Shown here one piece after another: positions 34,624-45,100 of a stretch of DNA of 64,000 nt (its first letter is position 1; each line of letters starts with the position of its first letter). The notes beneath the pieces were generated by a model. That model was not told the origin of the DNA, searched no databases, and saw only the letters and a list, made by a program, of their open reading frames with translations. A program made the position numbers and the translations under genes. The DNA is from an uncultured Nitrospinota bacterium (GTDB lineage Bacteria; Tectomicrobia; Entotheonellia; J063; CAVPRW01), in NCBI GenBank assembly GCA_963707985.1, contig CAVPRW010000032.1, forward strand, positions 96,001 to 160,000, written 5' to 3'.

Positions 34624-36390
34624 TCAAGCCATGCTGGCGGCTTGAAACAACCGTACACTGGCTTCGCCGTCAACGATGATTTCAAACAGAGTCGAGCGGT
34701 GCTGCCCTTGGGCCTCTTGATAGGTGGTGATGAAGGACTCCAGTGAGGATGGACACACGTATGGGAGGTGAAAATTCTCCGCAACCCCTTGAAAATGCCA
34801 GGGATGCGGGTTGCGTAGACGCTCGCCCACGTCAGCGAGATCAAAGAAGTGAAAAATGGCTCCACTCTGATTATTGATGACAATGACATATACTGGAATA
34901 CTCGCCCCGGCCACCAGTGCCAGAGCATTGAGGTCGTGAAGCAGTGCTTGATCCCCAATGAGCACCGTGCAAGGCGTATGGAGCCCCTCACCAAAGCCAA
35001 TTCCTGACGACAACACGCCATCAATGCCTGTAGCGCCGCGATTGGCACCGACATGGAGGGCTTTCTGGAGACTCGGTACGAAGTATTCCGCCTCACGGAA
35101 AATCAGGCTCGCCGACAAAAACACCGCCGAGTCGTGTTGAATATGCTGAAAAACCTCGTAGATCACGCGTCCTTCCGTGAGAGGTTTGGCGCTATGTGTG
35201 CCCAGGAGCTTGGCCAGCTGCTGAGGTGCGACCGACTCGCAGTCCGCCAGTGCGCGGGCGAGAGATCCCGGTTGTCGAGCCGGGAGAGCCGACGAGAGCT
35301 CTGCAGCCAGGGTTGATGGATTGCCCCACACCTTCATCGTCGGATAGATGAATTCATTCTCGATGGCGTCCTGTCGCAGTGGGTAGTCAGAACACAGGAT
35401 GAATTCTCCGCGTTGGACTTCGAGAAACTCCCGGACAGGCTCCGACACAATGCGATCGCCGAAGTAGAGCACAAGGTCTGTCGGGGGCAGGCGCGAGACC
35501 TCTCGGCGTAGATACAGATTGTAGAGCGCCAGAGCTGCGGCTTCTTGCCCGTCACAACGCAGGCCGGAGTTGATATCGGCGAAGAGTGGGGCCGCCAGGC
35601 GAGTCGCCAACGTCTGTAGCGCAGTCGGTTTACTGGTTGGCGCCAGAGGTCCAGCCACGCAGATAATGTTGCTCGCCGCAGTGATGCGGTCGACGATACG
35701 CTGGGTATCAGGCTCTGCAAGTCGGGGTTGCGGCAGCAGGTATTCGCAATAAGGTTGATCTCGCACCAGCCAACGGTCGAGCGCGGCCGCCTCTCCAGCA
35801 GGCAAGCTGTCCATGGTGAAAGTGTCATCGACGAACGGCTTGCGGTAGGCCATATTCAGATGCACCGGCCGCGCCGTACGCTGGGCCTCGAACACAGCTT
35901 GATCGAGGTCTGCAAGCAGGGCATGCAAAAAGAGCTGCCTTTCGGGAGCCGGGATTTCAAACGTCACCTGTGCAAAGGGAGCGAAGAGATCGCGCTGGGG
36001 CAGCGTTTGGTTGGCTTTCGCATAGTGAAGCTCAAACGGCCGGTCCGTGGTCAGCACCAGCAACGGCGTGCCGGCCAGCGACGCTTCGGCCACGGCCGGC
36101 AGATAGTTGGTTGCCGCTGTCCCCGAGGTGCACACGAGGCAGGGCAACATCCCACCCTTCGCGGCTCCTTGCGCCCAAAACGCGGCACTCCGCTCGTCAT
36201 TAAACAGTTTCATCTCGACCGCAGGATTATTTTCTAGCGCCAGCACGAGCGGGATTGCACGAGCACCTGGGGAGAGACAAAAGAGCTCCACACCACACCG
36301 GCGCAGCTCCTCGACCACGACGGTGGCGTGAAGGTGTGCAAGCCCCCTCGGGGCGAGTCTACTCAGATCCATCTTTTGGGTTGGCAGCAT
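34624..36390 (-). CDS. menD: SEPHCHC synthase (MenD)
   Basis: SPGAR, DERSAAF, CTSGTA, ANQT, NRGATGIDG and GD..LHDLN motifs. Confidence 0.92.
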   Translation of the reverse strand: MLPTQKMDLSRLAPRGLAHLHATVVVEELRRCGVELFCLSPGARAIPLVLALENNPAVEMKLFNDERSAAFWAQGAAKGGMLPCLVCTSGTAATNYLPAVAEASLAGTPLLVLTTDRPFELHYAKANQTLPQRDLFAPFAQVTFEIPAPERQLFLHALLADLDQAVFEAQRTARPVHLNMAYRKPFVDDTFTMDSLPAGEAAALDRWLVRDQPYCEYLLPQPRLAEPDTQRIVDRITAASNIICVAGPLAPTSKPTALQTLATRLAAPLFADINSGLRCDGQEAAALALYNLYLRREVSRLPPTDLVLYFGDRIVSEPVREFLEVQRGEFILCSDYPLRQDAIENEFIYPTMKVWGNPSTLAAELSSALPARQPGSLARALADCESVAPQQLAKLLGTHSAKPLTEGRVIYEVFQHIQHDSAVFLSASLIFREAEYFVPSLQKALHVGANRGATGIDGVLSSGIGFGEGLHTPCTVLIGDQALLHDLNALALVAGASIPVYVIVINNQSGAIFHFFDLADVGERLRNPHPWHFQGVAENFHLPYVCPSSLESFITTYQEAQGQHRSTLFEIIVDGEASVRLFQAASMA

Positions 36391-36404
36391 GTCTCCTCAT
36401 ACTC

Positions 36405-37475
36405 TCAATCAGCTGCGGTGCGCAAACATGGCACAACTTCCTGCCCAAACAGCCGTATCGATTGCAAGACCGATTCCGGTGGGATACGGCCTCCGACATT
36501 CGACTCCATAATGAACCCCGACAGGCCAAAGTTTTCCTGCAGGATTTGCAATTGCTTCGCCACGTGTTCGGGTGTACCAAATACCACGCGCTCCCGCACC
36601 ACGTCATCATAAGTGAGGGTAGCGAGGCGATCAGCTCGCGTGGCCCGAACACCTCCGTCTGCAGCGCTAGCCGATCGCTGCAGCGCTTGGCGCAAACGGT
36701 TATAGTGGTGCATGGTACTGTCCATTGGCTCAGCGAGCGCCTTCTCCGTCGTGTGCGCAACATAGATGGGGAGACGCAGCACGACGTCCCCGTCGCCCGC
36801 ATGTCCGGCCTCACGCCAGGCGGTGCGATAGTCTTGCAGCACCAAATCGATATCTGACATGACTGCAGAGCCCACACCCGCAAAGATGGGGAGTCCCAGA
36901 CGTCCCATGACGGAAAAGGTCTCTCTGGTCGTGGCGGCGGCGCGTAGAGGCGGATGCGGGTGCTGAAATGGTTTGGGGATCAGGCACACGTCGCGGAACG
37001 TGTAGTACTTGCCGGTATAGGAAAAGCGTTCTTGGGTGAAGGCAAGCCGCATGACCTGTAGGAACTCCTCAAATCGGTCTCGGCTCTCGGCGTAGGGGAT
37101 ATCATAGCCATCGTAGGAGCGCGGGAAGCTACTGCGGCCGATGCCCAGGTCAACACGGCCCTGGCTGATGTTGTCCAACGTAGCAATCTCTTCCGCCATG
37201 CGCACCGGATGTCCAAGCGGGAGAACCAGCACCGCCGTGCCCACCCGTAGCCGACTGGTGCGCGCCGCAATGGCGGTCGCCCACACCACAGGGGCCGAGG
37301 CCACCGAGGGGATAGGGCCAGTTCCGCCTGGGGGCGCGAAATGCCGTTCCGCGAACCAGACACCATCAAAGCCCTCGGTTTCCGCCGCCTCTGCCAGGAT
37401 GAAGGCCTCATCGAACGCCTCACGTTGCGTCCGATCGTGGCGGTAGTCGCATTCCATCATCAATCCAAGGTGCAT
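36405..37475 (-). CDS. Luciferase-like (LLM) flavin-dependent oxidoreductase
   Basis: WFAERHF, HPVRMAEE and GRVDLGIGR motifs. Confidence 0.9.
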   Translation of the reverse strand: MHLGLMMECDYRHDRTQREAFDEAFILAEAAETEGFDGVWFAERHFAPPGGTGPIPSVASAPVVWATAIAARTSRLRVGTAVLVLPLGHPVRMAEEIATLDNISQGRVDLGIGRSSFPRSYDGYDIPYAESRDRFEEFLQVMRLAFTQERFSYTGKYYTFRDVCLIPKPFQHPHPPLRAAATTRETFSVMGRLGLPIFAGVGSAVMSDIDLVLQDYRTAWREAGHAGDGDVVLRLPIYVAHTTEKALAEPMDSTMHHYNRLRQALQRSASAADGGVRATRADRLATLTYDDVVRERVVFGTPEHVAKQLQILQENFGLSGFIMESNVGGRIPPESVLQSIRLFGQEVVPCLRTAAD

Positions 37476-37623
37476 CACTCTTCTCCCTTCGCTTGGTCAT
37501 ATGGGCATGGCTGGAGGCAGCCTCTCAGACCCAGGGGCTGCACTGTCGCCAGTCACCTGATAGGTCAATTACCTGCTTATATTAAGGCACAATTGCAGCC
37601 AGGGCAATCCTCCACATGCTACC

Positions 37624-37990
37624 TTACGGCTTGAGCCGCACCTCCTCGTACGGTCCGGACCATTGATATGGGATACTCAAGCCCTGGGCCGGCTCGGCCA
37701 CGCGTGGACCCACTCCCGTGAGCCCGGCGCTTTCGTATACGGGGACGAACATGACGGGCTCACGGACCAGAGGTTGCCACTGGTGGAGCCGTTCTCGACG
37801 GCGAGGGGGATTGCGCTCGCGGGCTTGGTTCTGAAACAGCTCATCAAGGTCGGGCTACCCCCCATAGGAAAACTCCCCCGAGTAGACGACGTAATTCGCT
37901 AAGCGCGCGCCGGCGCTGCTCAAATAGAAATAAGAAAGGCGTCGCTACCGTCCAAGACCGCTGCAGTATCGACAGCGGCGCTGCGTCCGA
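37624..37990 (-). pseudogene. C-terminal remnant of a family-5 ABC substrate-binding protein
   Basis: Minus-strand frame with stops reads ...PDLDELFQNQARERNP...GVGPRVAEP...WSGPYEEVRLKP*. Confidence 0.55.
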
Positions 37991-38502
37991 GCGAAAGAGC
38001 GCGGCACCGCCCACGTCTGGGGTTCTAATAGAAGGATGCACTGTAAACCCGCTCCTGCCTGACTGTCAAGACTGGAGACCCATTCTTGCCGGGGATGTCA
38101 CGCACATACCCGTGCAACCGCTGCCAGCTTCCGTTACGGCGACCTCTCAGCCTTGACAGACAAGGAATCTTCATGACATAGTGCACAAGCTCCTATGGAT
38201 TTGGAGCGCAGACGTCGGCGGTGCGATGATTACTACGTATAGATTCTTTAGGAGCTGACCTCTGGCTATGCTCTTGGTTAATGCCTGATATTGGATCTCG
38301 TGCAACGCTCCCCGATGAGCTCCGGCAAGATACTTCTAGATACACAATGACGCCCAAGAGCACTCGGCTGCTGTACTGGCTTATGCGACAGGTGCTGTGC
38401 TGCAGGCCTGATTCAGGCCTGCTGATCGACCACCCCATAGCAATGCTACCTCTCTGAGGCTCGGATTCTACCTGAGGCTCCCAGGCGGAGCAGGAGTGCA
38501 CA

Positions 38503-39438
38503 ATGGCCACCATCCCCCGTCCGTTACCCAATCATCTCAAAGCCTTTATCGCCGAGGTCGAGCAGGTGGTGGCGACCACTGAGGACCGCCGTGATACCAT
38601 CGCCCGACTTACACCAAGCTTTGCGACTTTGCTTGGCGATCAGACCTGGTTACACGCAGATTTTCGACTGCCCGTAGCGGAGAAGTTCGTGCAATATGCC
38701 ATTTACCGTGCCGAAGACGCCTCGCTATCGGTGATGGCCATGGTTGTTCCTCCGGGCGTGGCGACGCCTGTGCATGACCATCGTGCCTGGGGTCTGGTCG
38801 GGGTCTATCAAGGACGCCAACGCGAGAAAGTGTATCGGCGTGTTGACGATGGCTCGCGCTCAGACTTCGCGGATTTGCAGCAAGTGGCTGAAAATATTCT
38901 CACACCGGGCGATATCACCACGTTGGTCCCGCCCGAAGGGGATATCCACATGATCGAGACGATCTCGGACGAAGCCTCGATCTCGATCCACGTGTTGGGG
39001 AATGACATTGGCTGCGAACATCGCCATCGCTATGATGTAGAACATAAAGCCGTGCATCAGTTCAGGTCGGGCTACATCAATACCTCCTGTGTTACGTTCC
39101 GTTTGGCCCATCAGCACCTGATCGTCCCGGATGTCCAACAAACGGTCGGCTTCTATGAGCAAATATTCGGGGCCGCGAAGGTAGAGGAAGCTCGGGTCAA
39201 CGGCGTGCCCTTGGTCGTATTATATCTGGATAGCGGCGAGGTATGGGTGTCTGGTGAAATCATTCCAGGGTTGCAGACACACGTGGGATTTGCAGTCGAC
39301 GATTTCGACGGGGCGGTGGAGGAGCTCAAGATGCGCTGGGTCGAGTTCATCAGCGAACCACTGCACATCGGCAGGAGACATGTCATCTTCATCAAGGACC
39401 ACAATGGCCAGCATGTTGGGATTACCACCGATCGATGA
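38503..39438 (+). CDS. Cysteine-dioxygenase-like cupin fused to a C-terminal VOC domain
   Basis: TPVHDH..WG and DIH...SIHV, then HQHLIVPD...HVGF...KDHNG. Confidence 0.8.
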   Translation: MATIPRPLPNHLKAFIAEVEQVVATTEDRRDTIARLTPSFATLLGDQTWLHADFRLPVAEKFVQYAIYRAEDASLSVMAMVVPPGVATPVHDHRAWGLVGVYQGRQREKVYRRVDDGSRSDFADLQQVAENILTPGDITTLVPPEGDIHMIETISDEASISIHVLGNDIGCEHRHRYDVEHKAVHQFRSGYINTSCVTFRLAHQHLIVPDVQQTVGFYEQIFGAAKVEEARVNGVPLVVLYLDSGEVWVSGEIIPGLQTHVGFAVDDFDGAVEELKMRWVEFISEPLHIGRRHVIFIKDHNGQHVGITTDR

Positions 39439-39600
39439 ATCCCAGCCCCGGTCCCCCCACATGCCGGCAGAGGGCTGAGATGAGCACAGAAAGGTTGGAG
39501 GATGGAGGTTGGTAAAGGGGCATAGCAGCGTAGCCCAGAGTGGTACCTTAGCACCTAGACAGCGTGACAGTGTCAGCCTTGCTTATGAGGGATGTCCTCA

Positions 39601-40377
39601 ATGCAGAAGACTCAGTACGAGGTCGTTCGCAGAGAGTTCGGTCAGCAGGCCCCACACTTTGGAGAGCAAGGGTTAACGCTCGCCAACCAGGAGTATATCC
39701 AATGGATGGTCATGCATCTGGATCTGCAACCGCACTTCCAGGTGCTCGATGTTGCCGCCGGGACGGGGCATTTGAGTCGAGCCATCGCCCCCCACGTCCG
39801 GCGCGTCGTGGCCATGGATCTGACCCCCGAAATGCTGGCCCAGGGACACCGGGAAGCAGCACAGCAGGGGCTGATGAATGTGGTGTTCGAACCGGGTGAG
39901 GCGGAGCACCTGACCTATGGGAACGAAGCCTTTGACCTGGTCGTCACACGGTTTTCGCTGCATCACTTTACCGACGCCCTGGCTCCGATGCGGGAGATGG
40001 CCCGTGTATGCCGCCGCGGAGGGCGCGTGGTAGTGATCGATATGATTTCTCCCGATGATTCGGCCATAGCGCTAACGTACAACCGCTTAGAGCGCCTGCG
40101 CGACCCATCGCATGTGCGAGCTCTGGCCGCTGACGAGTTGCCGCGAGTGATGCGAGAGGCGGGGTTGGATATCGTGCATCGATCCTCCCGTGATGTCGAG
40201 GTTGACCTCGATCGCTGGCTCGATTTAACCCGCGCCGGGTCTGCGGCCCGAGAAACGATCCGCGAGGCGCTCATCCAGGACATCCAGGGCCTCAAGACCA
40301 CGGGTATGCGCCCCTATAGGCGCGACCAGGAACTAAAGTTCCTGCATGCCTGGCATATTGTTGTGGGCCTAAAGTAG
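39601..40377 (+). CDS. Class I SAM-dependent methyltransferase (UbiE-like)
   Basis: VLDVAAGTG, FDLV and RVCRRGG motifs. Confidence 0.88.
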   Translation: MQKTQYEVVRREFGQQAPHFGEQGLTLANQEYIQWMVMHLDLQPHFQVLDVAAGTGHLSRAIAPHVRRVVAMDLTPEMLAQGHREAAQQGLMNVVFEPGEAEHLTYGNEAFDLVVTRFSLHHFTDALAPMREMARVCRRGGRVVVIDMISPDDSAIALTYNRLERLRDPSHVRALAADELPRVMREAGLDIVHRSSRDVEVDLDRWLDLTRAGSAARETIREALIQDIQGLKTTGMRPYRRDQELKFLHAWHIVVGLK

Positions 40378-40422
40378 CGAACCATGTGCATACGACGCCG
40401 CAGCTGCGGCGGGAGGATTGCT

Positions 40423-41097
40423 ATGATCCAGACAATGCGTTTGGCCCTCCTCGTGTTTCTAGCGCTGGTGTCGCTGAGCATAAGTGGGCTGGCGCAGGCA
40501 CAACAAACCAGCATGACCTTCTTCGTCACCAGCGTCGGCCCTGGCAAGGGAGCGGACCTGGGAAGGCTCGATGGGGCAGATCGCCACTGTCAGGCGCTAG
40601 CGCAGGCGGTGGGCGCAGGTGACCGCACCTGGCGAGCCTACCTCAGCACGCAGGCCGTGGGCGAAGCCCAGGCCGTCAATGCACGTGATCGCATTGGGCG
40701 CGGCCCATGGCAGAACGCCAAAGGTGTCGTGATCGCCAAAGATGTCGACGAGCTGCACGGCACCAACAATCTCACTAAGCAGACAGCGCTTAACGAGAAG
40801 GGCGAGATGGTCAACGGCCGCGGCGACACGCCCAACCGGCATGACATCCTCACCGGCTCCACGCCGGATGGACGCGCCTTTCCTCCTGCCGAGGACCGCA
40901 CTTGCGGCAACTGGACCAAGAGTGGGCAAGGGGCGGCCATGGTCGGCCACCACGACCGCATGGGGACCAATGAGGAGCCACCAGCGAAGTCCTGGAATTC
41001 GTCGCATCCGTCGCGTGGGCCAGACGGCGGCTGCAGTCAGGCCGATCTACGCAGCACCGGCGGCGACGGGCTGTTGTACTGCTTTGCCGTAAACTAA
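40423..41097 (+). CDS. Secreted lectin-like protein
   Basis: Signal peptide; FFVTS, GADRHCQ, WRAYLS and LYCFA motifs. Confidence 0.8.
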   Translation: MIQTMRLALLVFLALVSLSISGLAQAQQTSMTFFVTSVGPGKGADLGRLDGADRHCQALAQAVGAGDRTWRAYLSTQAVGEAQAVNARDRIGRGPWQNAKGVVIAKDVDELHGTNNLTKQTALNEKGEMVNGRGDTPNRHDILTGSTPDGRAFPPAEDRTCGNWTKSGQGAAMVGHHDRMGTNEEPPAKSWNSSHPSRGPDGGCSQADLRSTGGDGLLYCFAVN

Positions 41098-41422
41098 CGT
41101 GTTTCACCATGGACTTGATCGAACGTTTCCACCACGGCTGGTCGTCTGTCAGCCCGTGGCATCAGGGCTTTGAAGGCCGTCGCAGCTTGGAGACCAGATG
41201 ATCCTTAAGCCGCCGTCCAACGCATTGTAACCCCCCGGCACGCCGTGGAGCAGGCCCAGTGGTCCACCGCGCAGCACCTCCTGCTCCGCCACGCGTGCCT
41301 CCTGACGCCCAAGGAATTGTATTCCCCATGATTCCCGCTTATCCCGTCGCCCCTCTTGCGTTACCACGTGTTTCATGCTACAAATGCGCCGATGACCGAC
41401 GCGGTTTCCGAATGAGGTGTCT

Positions 41423-43102
41423 ATGCTCAACCCCTGGGTGGCTCATTATGAGCCGGGTGTCCCCCCGACCCTGGATTATCCCGCGGTGACCCTGCATGGG
41501 CTGCTGGAGCAGACCGCCGAACGCTATCCGAAGCGTCTTGCCACTATCTTCCTTGGGGCGAAACTCTCCTACCAGGCGTTGAATGAGGCAGCCAATCGTT
41601 TTGCCCATGCGCTCCTAAATCTTGGGCTGCAGCAGGGCGACCGGGTGGCCCTCATGCTGCCGAACTGCCCGCAGTTCCTCATCGCCTTCTATGGTGCATT
41701 GAAGGCCGGGGCCGTGGTCGCCGCGATGAATCCACTTTACACTCCGCGCGAGGTCGAATATCAGCTCAACGACGCCGAGGCGGAAACCTTGGTGACCCTG
41801 AGCAAGTTCTATCCGACCGTGGAGGCCGTCCGTCGTAAAACCGCACTGCGGCGGGTCATCGTCACCAATATCAAAGAGTACCTGCCAATGGCGCGGCGGA
41901 CACTTTTCGGGCTACTTAAAGAGCGCAAGGAAGGCCATCGAGTGAGCCTTCGTCGTGATGCTCACACCCATTGGTTTCAGGGTCTGCTAGCGGCACCGCG
42001 TACCTCAAGTACCCCGGGCATCGTCGTCGACCCGAGTACGACCGCCTTATTACAGTATACGGGGGGCACGACCGGCACCCCCAAGGGGGCGATGCTCACG
42101 CACAGTGGGCTGGTGGCTAATACGCTACAGATTCGATCCTGGTTGTCGGACTTCCAGGAGGGCGCAGAAACCATGCTCCTGGTCCTCCCACTCTTCCATG
42201 TTTTCGGCATGGGGGCGTGCATGAGCGTGATGGTCCAGGGTGCTGGGACGATGATTCTGCTGCCGCAATTTCGAACCCACGACGTGCTGCAGGCGCTCAG
42301 TAAATACCGTGCCACCCTGTTTCCAGGCGTGCCGAGCATGTATGTGGCCCTCAACAACTCCCCCGAGTTGCCGTCGGTTGATCTCACCTCCCTGCGTCAT
42401 TGCTTTAGCGGCGCGGCGCCATTGCCGCAGGAAGTGCAGGAGCGCTTCGAAGCCCACATTGGCGGCCGCTTGGTGGAGGGCTACGGCATGACCGAGGCGA
42501 ATGCCTGCATCATCACCCCGTTACGTGGCGCGCGCAAGCAGGGGAGCATCGGCGTACCCATCCCGGACGTTGAGGCGAGAATCGTCGACGTCGAGACGGG
42601 TAAGCGAACCTTGGCGCCGGGCGAGGTTGGCGAGCTGGTGGTCCGATGTCCGCAGCAACTACGCGGCTACTGGCGCAAAAGCGATGAGACCGCCGAGGTG
42701 TTGCGGGACGGGTGGATTTATACAGGTGATATCACCCGGATGGACGACGACGGATTTTTTTACATTGTGGACCGGAAGAAGGATATGATCCTGTCAGGAG
42801 GCTTCAACGTCTATCCCCGTGACGTCGAAGAGGTGCTCTACCTGCATCCAAAGGTCCGGGAGGCTTCGGTGATCGGCATTCCAGATGCCTTCCAGGGTGA
42901 GCGAGTCAAGGCCTTCGTGGTGCCACATGTAGGGGAGGCTCCCAGCGCCGACGAGATTATCGCATTCTGCCGTAAGCATCTGGTCGTCTATAAAGTGCCA
43001 ACACAGGTAGAATTTCGGGACAGCTTGCCTAAGACAATGATCGGGAAAGTGTTACGCCGGGTATTGATGGAGGAGGAGCGGCAAAGGACTGTGTCGTCAT
43101 GA
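41423..43102 (+). CDS. Long-chain fatty acid-CoA ligase
   Basis: YTGGTTGTPKG, EGYGMTE, TGD and GKVLRR motifs. Confidence 0.93.
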   Translation: MLNPWVAHYEPGVPPTLDYPAVTLHGLLEQTAERYPKRLATIFLGAKLSYQALNEAANRFAHALLNLGLQQGDRVALMLPNCPQFLIAFYGALKAGAVVAAMNPLYTPREVEYQLNDAEAETLVTLSKFYPTVEAVRRKTALRRVIVTNIKEYLPMARRTLFGLLKERKEGHRVSLRRDAHTHWFQGLLAAPRTSSTPGIVVDPSTTALLQYTGGTTGTPKGAMLTHSGLVANTLQIRSWLSDFQEGAETMLLVLPLFHVFGMGACMSVMVQGAGTMILLPQFRTHDVLQALSKYRATLFPGVPSMYVALNNSPELPSVDLTSLRHCFSGAAPLPQEVQERFEAHIGGRLVEGYGMTEANACIITPLRGARKQGSIGVPIPDVEARIVDVETGKRTLAPGEVGELVVRCPQQLRGYWRKSDETAEVLRDGWIYTGDITRMDDDGFFYIVDRKKDMILSGGFNVYPRDVEEVLYLHPKVREASVIGIPDAFQGERVKAFVVPHVGEAPSADEIIAFCRKHLVVYKVPTQVEFRDSLPKTMIGKVLRRVLMEEERQRTVSS

Positions 43103-43341
43103 TCAAGGAAATCATCGATGCCAATCTCATGGAGGATTTGTTGAAGGCAGCGGCTCACCTAGCTCGTGTGGGAGCCCCGCACTTGTGGCTCGATTACGAC
43201 GCCGAGGCAGACGCGCTATACGTGAACTTTCAGAAACCCCAGCGGGCGACGGAGAGTGAGTTACTCGACAATGGGGTAATCTTGCGCTACCGAGGCGAAA
43301 AATTGGTCGGGATGGTGGTGTTTGACGCCTCCAAACGCTAA
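43099..43341 (+). CDS. DUF2283-like small protein
   Basis: YDAEADALYV...LVGM motif. Confidence 0.7.
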   Translation: MIKEIIDANLMEDLLKAAAHLARVGAPHLWLDYDAEADALYVNFQKPQRATESELLDNGVILRYRGEKLVGMVVFDASKR

Positions 43342-43503
43342 GCGCTCGAGTCATCGGGAGCATTGGGGAGCAGGTGCCCAGCGTGCGGTGAGGAGAGGAG
43401 ATCGGCGGCACATGTTGCCCTTGGTATCGGAGGATGAGGTGCTAGGAACAACAGGCCATGCCGTCGACCCCAGCCGCGCGAGAGAGGTGGATAACAGACG
43501 GCT

Positions 43504-44460
43504 ATGAGTCGAAAAGTCGTGACCATCGGCGGCGGAGCGGGGCAGTCGCGGGTGTTGGCCGGGCTGAAGCGTGTCAAAGCATTAAAGGATCTGGAGGTGA
43601 CGTCGATCGTCACAGCGGCCGACAGTGGTGGCAGCAGTGGACGGTTAAGGGATGAGTTCGGTGTGCATCCATGGGGCGATATTCTCCGGTGTATCGTGGG
43701 TCTTTCCGATGCCCCCGAGGATTTGCGCGAGCTCTTTTTGTATCGTTTTCCGGGCACCGGTGATCTGGGGCAGCACACCGTCGGCAACATCATCCTCACC
43801 GCCCTGAATCAGCTCAAAGGTAGCCCGTTGGAGGCCGTCCTGGCGTTATGCCACCTGCTGCATGTGCGCGAAATGGTTTTACCGGTCACCGAGGCGAGCG
43901 TGCAGCTCTGTGCGCTTCTGGAAGATGGAACCATTGTGCGCGGTGAGCATAATATCGATGCCCCGAAGTACGACCCGCACCTTCATATCAAAGAAGTTTG
44001 GCTGGAGCCCCAAGAGTGCGCCCCCGTCCCAGGGGTGTTGCTGGCCATTGCTACGGCTGACCTCATCGTCCTTGGACCCGGTGATCTGTATACCAGCATT
44101 TTGCCGAATCTCCTGGTGCCCGGCGTAGCCCGAGCCATCAGCCAGGCACGCGCGAAGAAAGTGTTTGTATGTAGTCTGATGACCAAGTTGGGCGAGACCC
44201 ATGGCTTCAAGGCTTCTGATTTTGTGACATTGATTGAATCCCACATGGGGACCAGACTGGATTTTGTCATCTGCAACACCGCGACCCCTGCTCCCGAGGT
44301 GTTGGAGAGCTACCGCGGTGAGCACGCTGATCGAGTTGAAGTCGATCTGGAACTCAGCGACGGCGAGCGCCAGATCATCGCCGCAGACGTCCTCTCCGCC
44401 GGCATTCGTGCCCGCCACGATCCTTCCAAACTTGGCCTGCTCCTGGCGGCGTTGCTTTGA
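43504..44460 (+). CDS. yvcK: YvcK/GlmR gluconeogenesis factor
   Basis: GGGAG, DSGGSSGRLR and GPGDLYTSILPNL motifs. Confidence 0.92.
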   Translation: MSRKVVTIGGGAGQSRVLAGLKRVKALKDLEVTSIVTAADSGGSSGRLRDEFGVHPWGDILRCIVGLSDAPEDLRELFLYRFPGTGDLGQHTVGNIILTALNQLKGSPLEAVLALCHLLHVREMVLPVTEASVQLCALLEDGTIVRGEHNIDAPKYDPHLHIKEVWLEPQECAPVPGVLLAIATADLIVLGPGDLYTSILPNLLVPGVARAISQARAKKVFVCSLMTKLGETHGFKASDFVTLIESHMGTRLDFVICNTATPAPEVLESYRGEHADRVEVDLELSDGERQIIAADVLSAGIRARHDPSKLGLLLAALL

Positions 44461-44614
44461 CTGCAGGTCGCCATTCTCAACCGAACGACTGGCATAGAGG
44501 TGATGGAAAGTAATTTCCTTTCAGCGCATTTCCCGCTTGACACGACTAGACGGCTTCTTTAGGATGCCGCACGGACTCTTACCTGAAGCGGATATTCACG
44601 GAGGAGGACTCGTG

Positions 44615-45088
44615 ATGACACACAAGATTAGTCTGACCGTGAACGGCATGCAGGCCTCCCATGAGGTCGAACCACGCCTACTCCTGGTGCATTATTTACG
44701 GGACGTCCTGGGCCTCACGGGAACCCATATCGGCTGTGATACCAGCCAGTGTGGGGCGTGCACGGTGATGTTGAATGGAATGGCGGTCAAATCATGTACG
44801 ATCTTGGCCGTGCAGGCCGATGGCGGCGAGGTATTGACCATTGAGGGCATGGGGACAGAGGATCAGCTACACCCCTTACAGGAAGGTTTTTGGGAAGAGC
44901 ATGGCTTGCAGTGTGGGTACTGCACCCCAGGCATGATCATGGCAGCTCATCAACTGCTGCAGCGCAACCCCGATCCCTCAGAGGCAGAGATTCGTTGGGG
45001 GCTTGAGGGGAATCTGTGTCGCTGCACCGGCTATCAGCACATCGTGAAGGCTGTGCAGTACGCCGCCCGCAAAGTGGCAGGCAAGTGA
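44615..45088 (+). CDS. coxS: Mo-hydroxylase 2Fe-2S subunit
   Basis: [18 protein letters not shown] and CRCTGY motifs. Confidence 0.93.
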   Translation: MTHKISLTVNGMQASHEVEPRLLLVHYLRDVLGLTGTHIGCDTSQCGACTVMLNGMAVKSCTILAVQADGGEVLTIEGMGTEDQLHPLQEGFWEEHGLQCGYCTPGMIMAAHQLLQRNPDPSEAEIRWGLEGNLCRCTGYQHIVKAVQYAARKVAGK

Positions 45089-45100
45089 GGAGGTCAGGCC

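Noticed and set aside
38140..38500. Possible riboswitch in the long leader of the cupin-VOC gene
   Set aside because: No recognisable aptamer consensus by eye; an Rfam scan would be needed.
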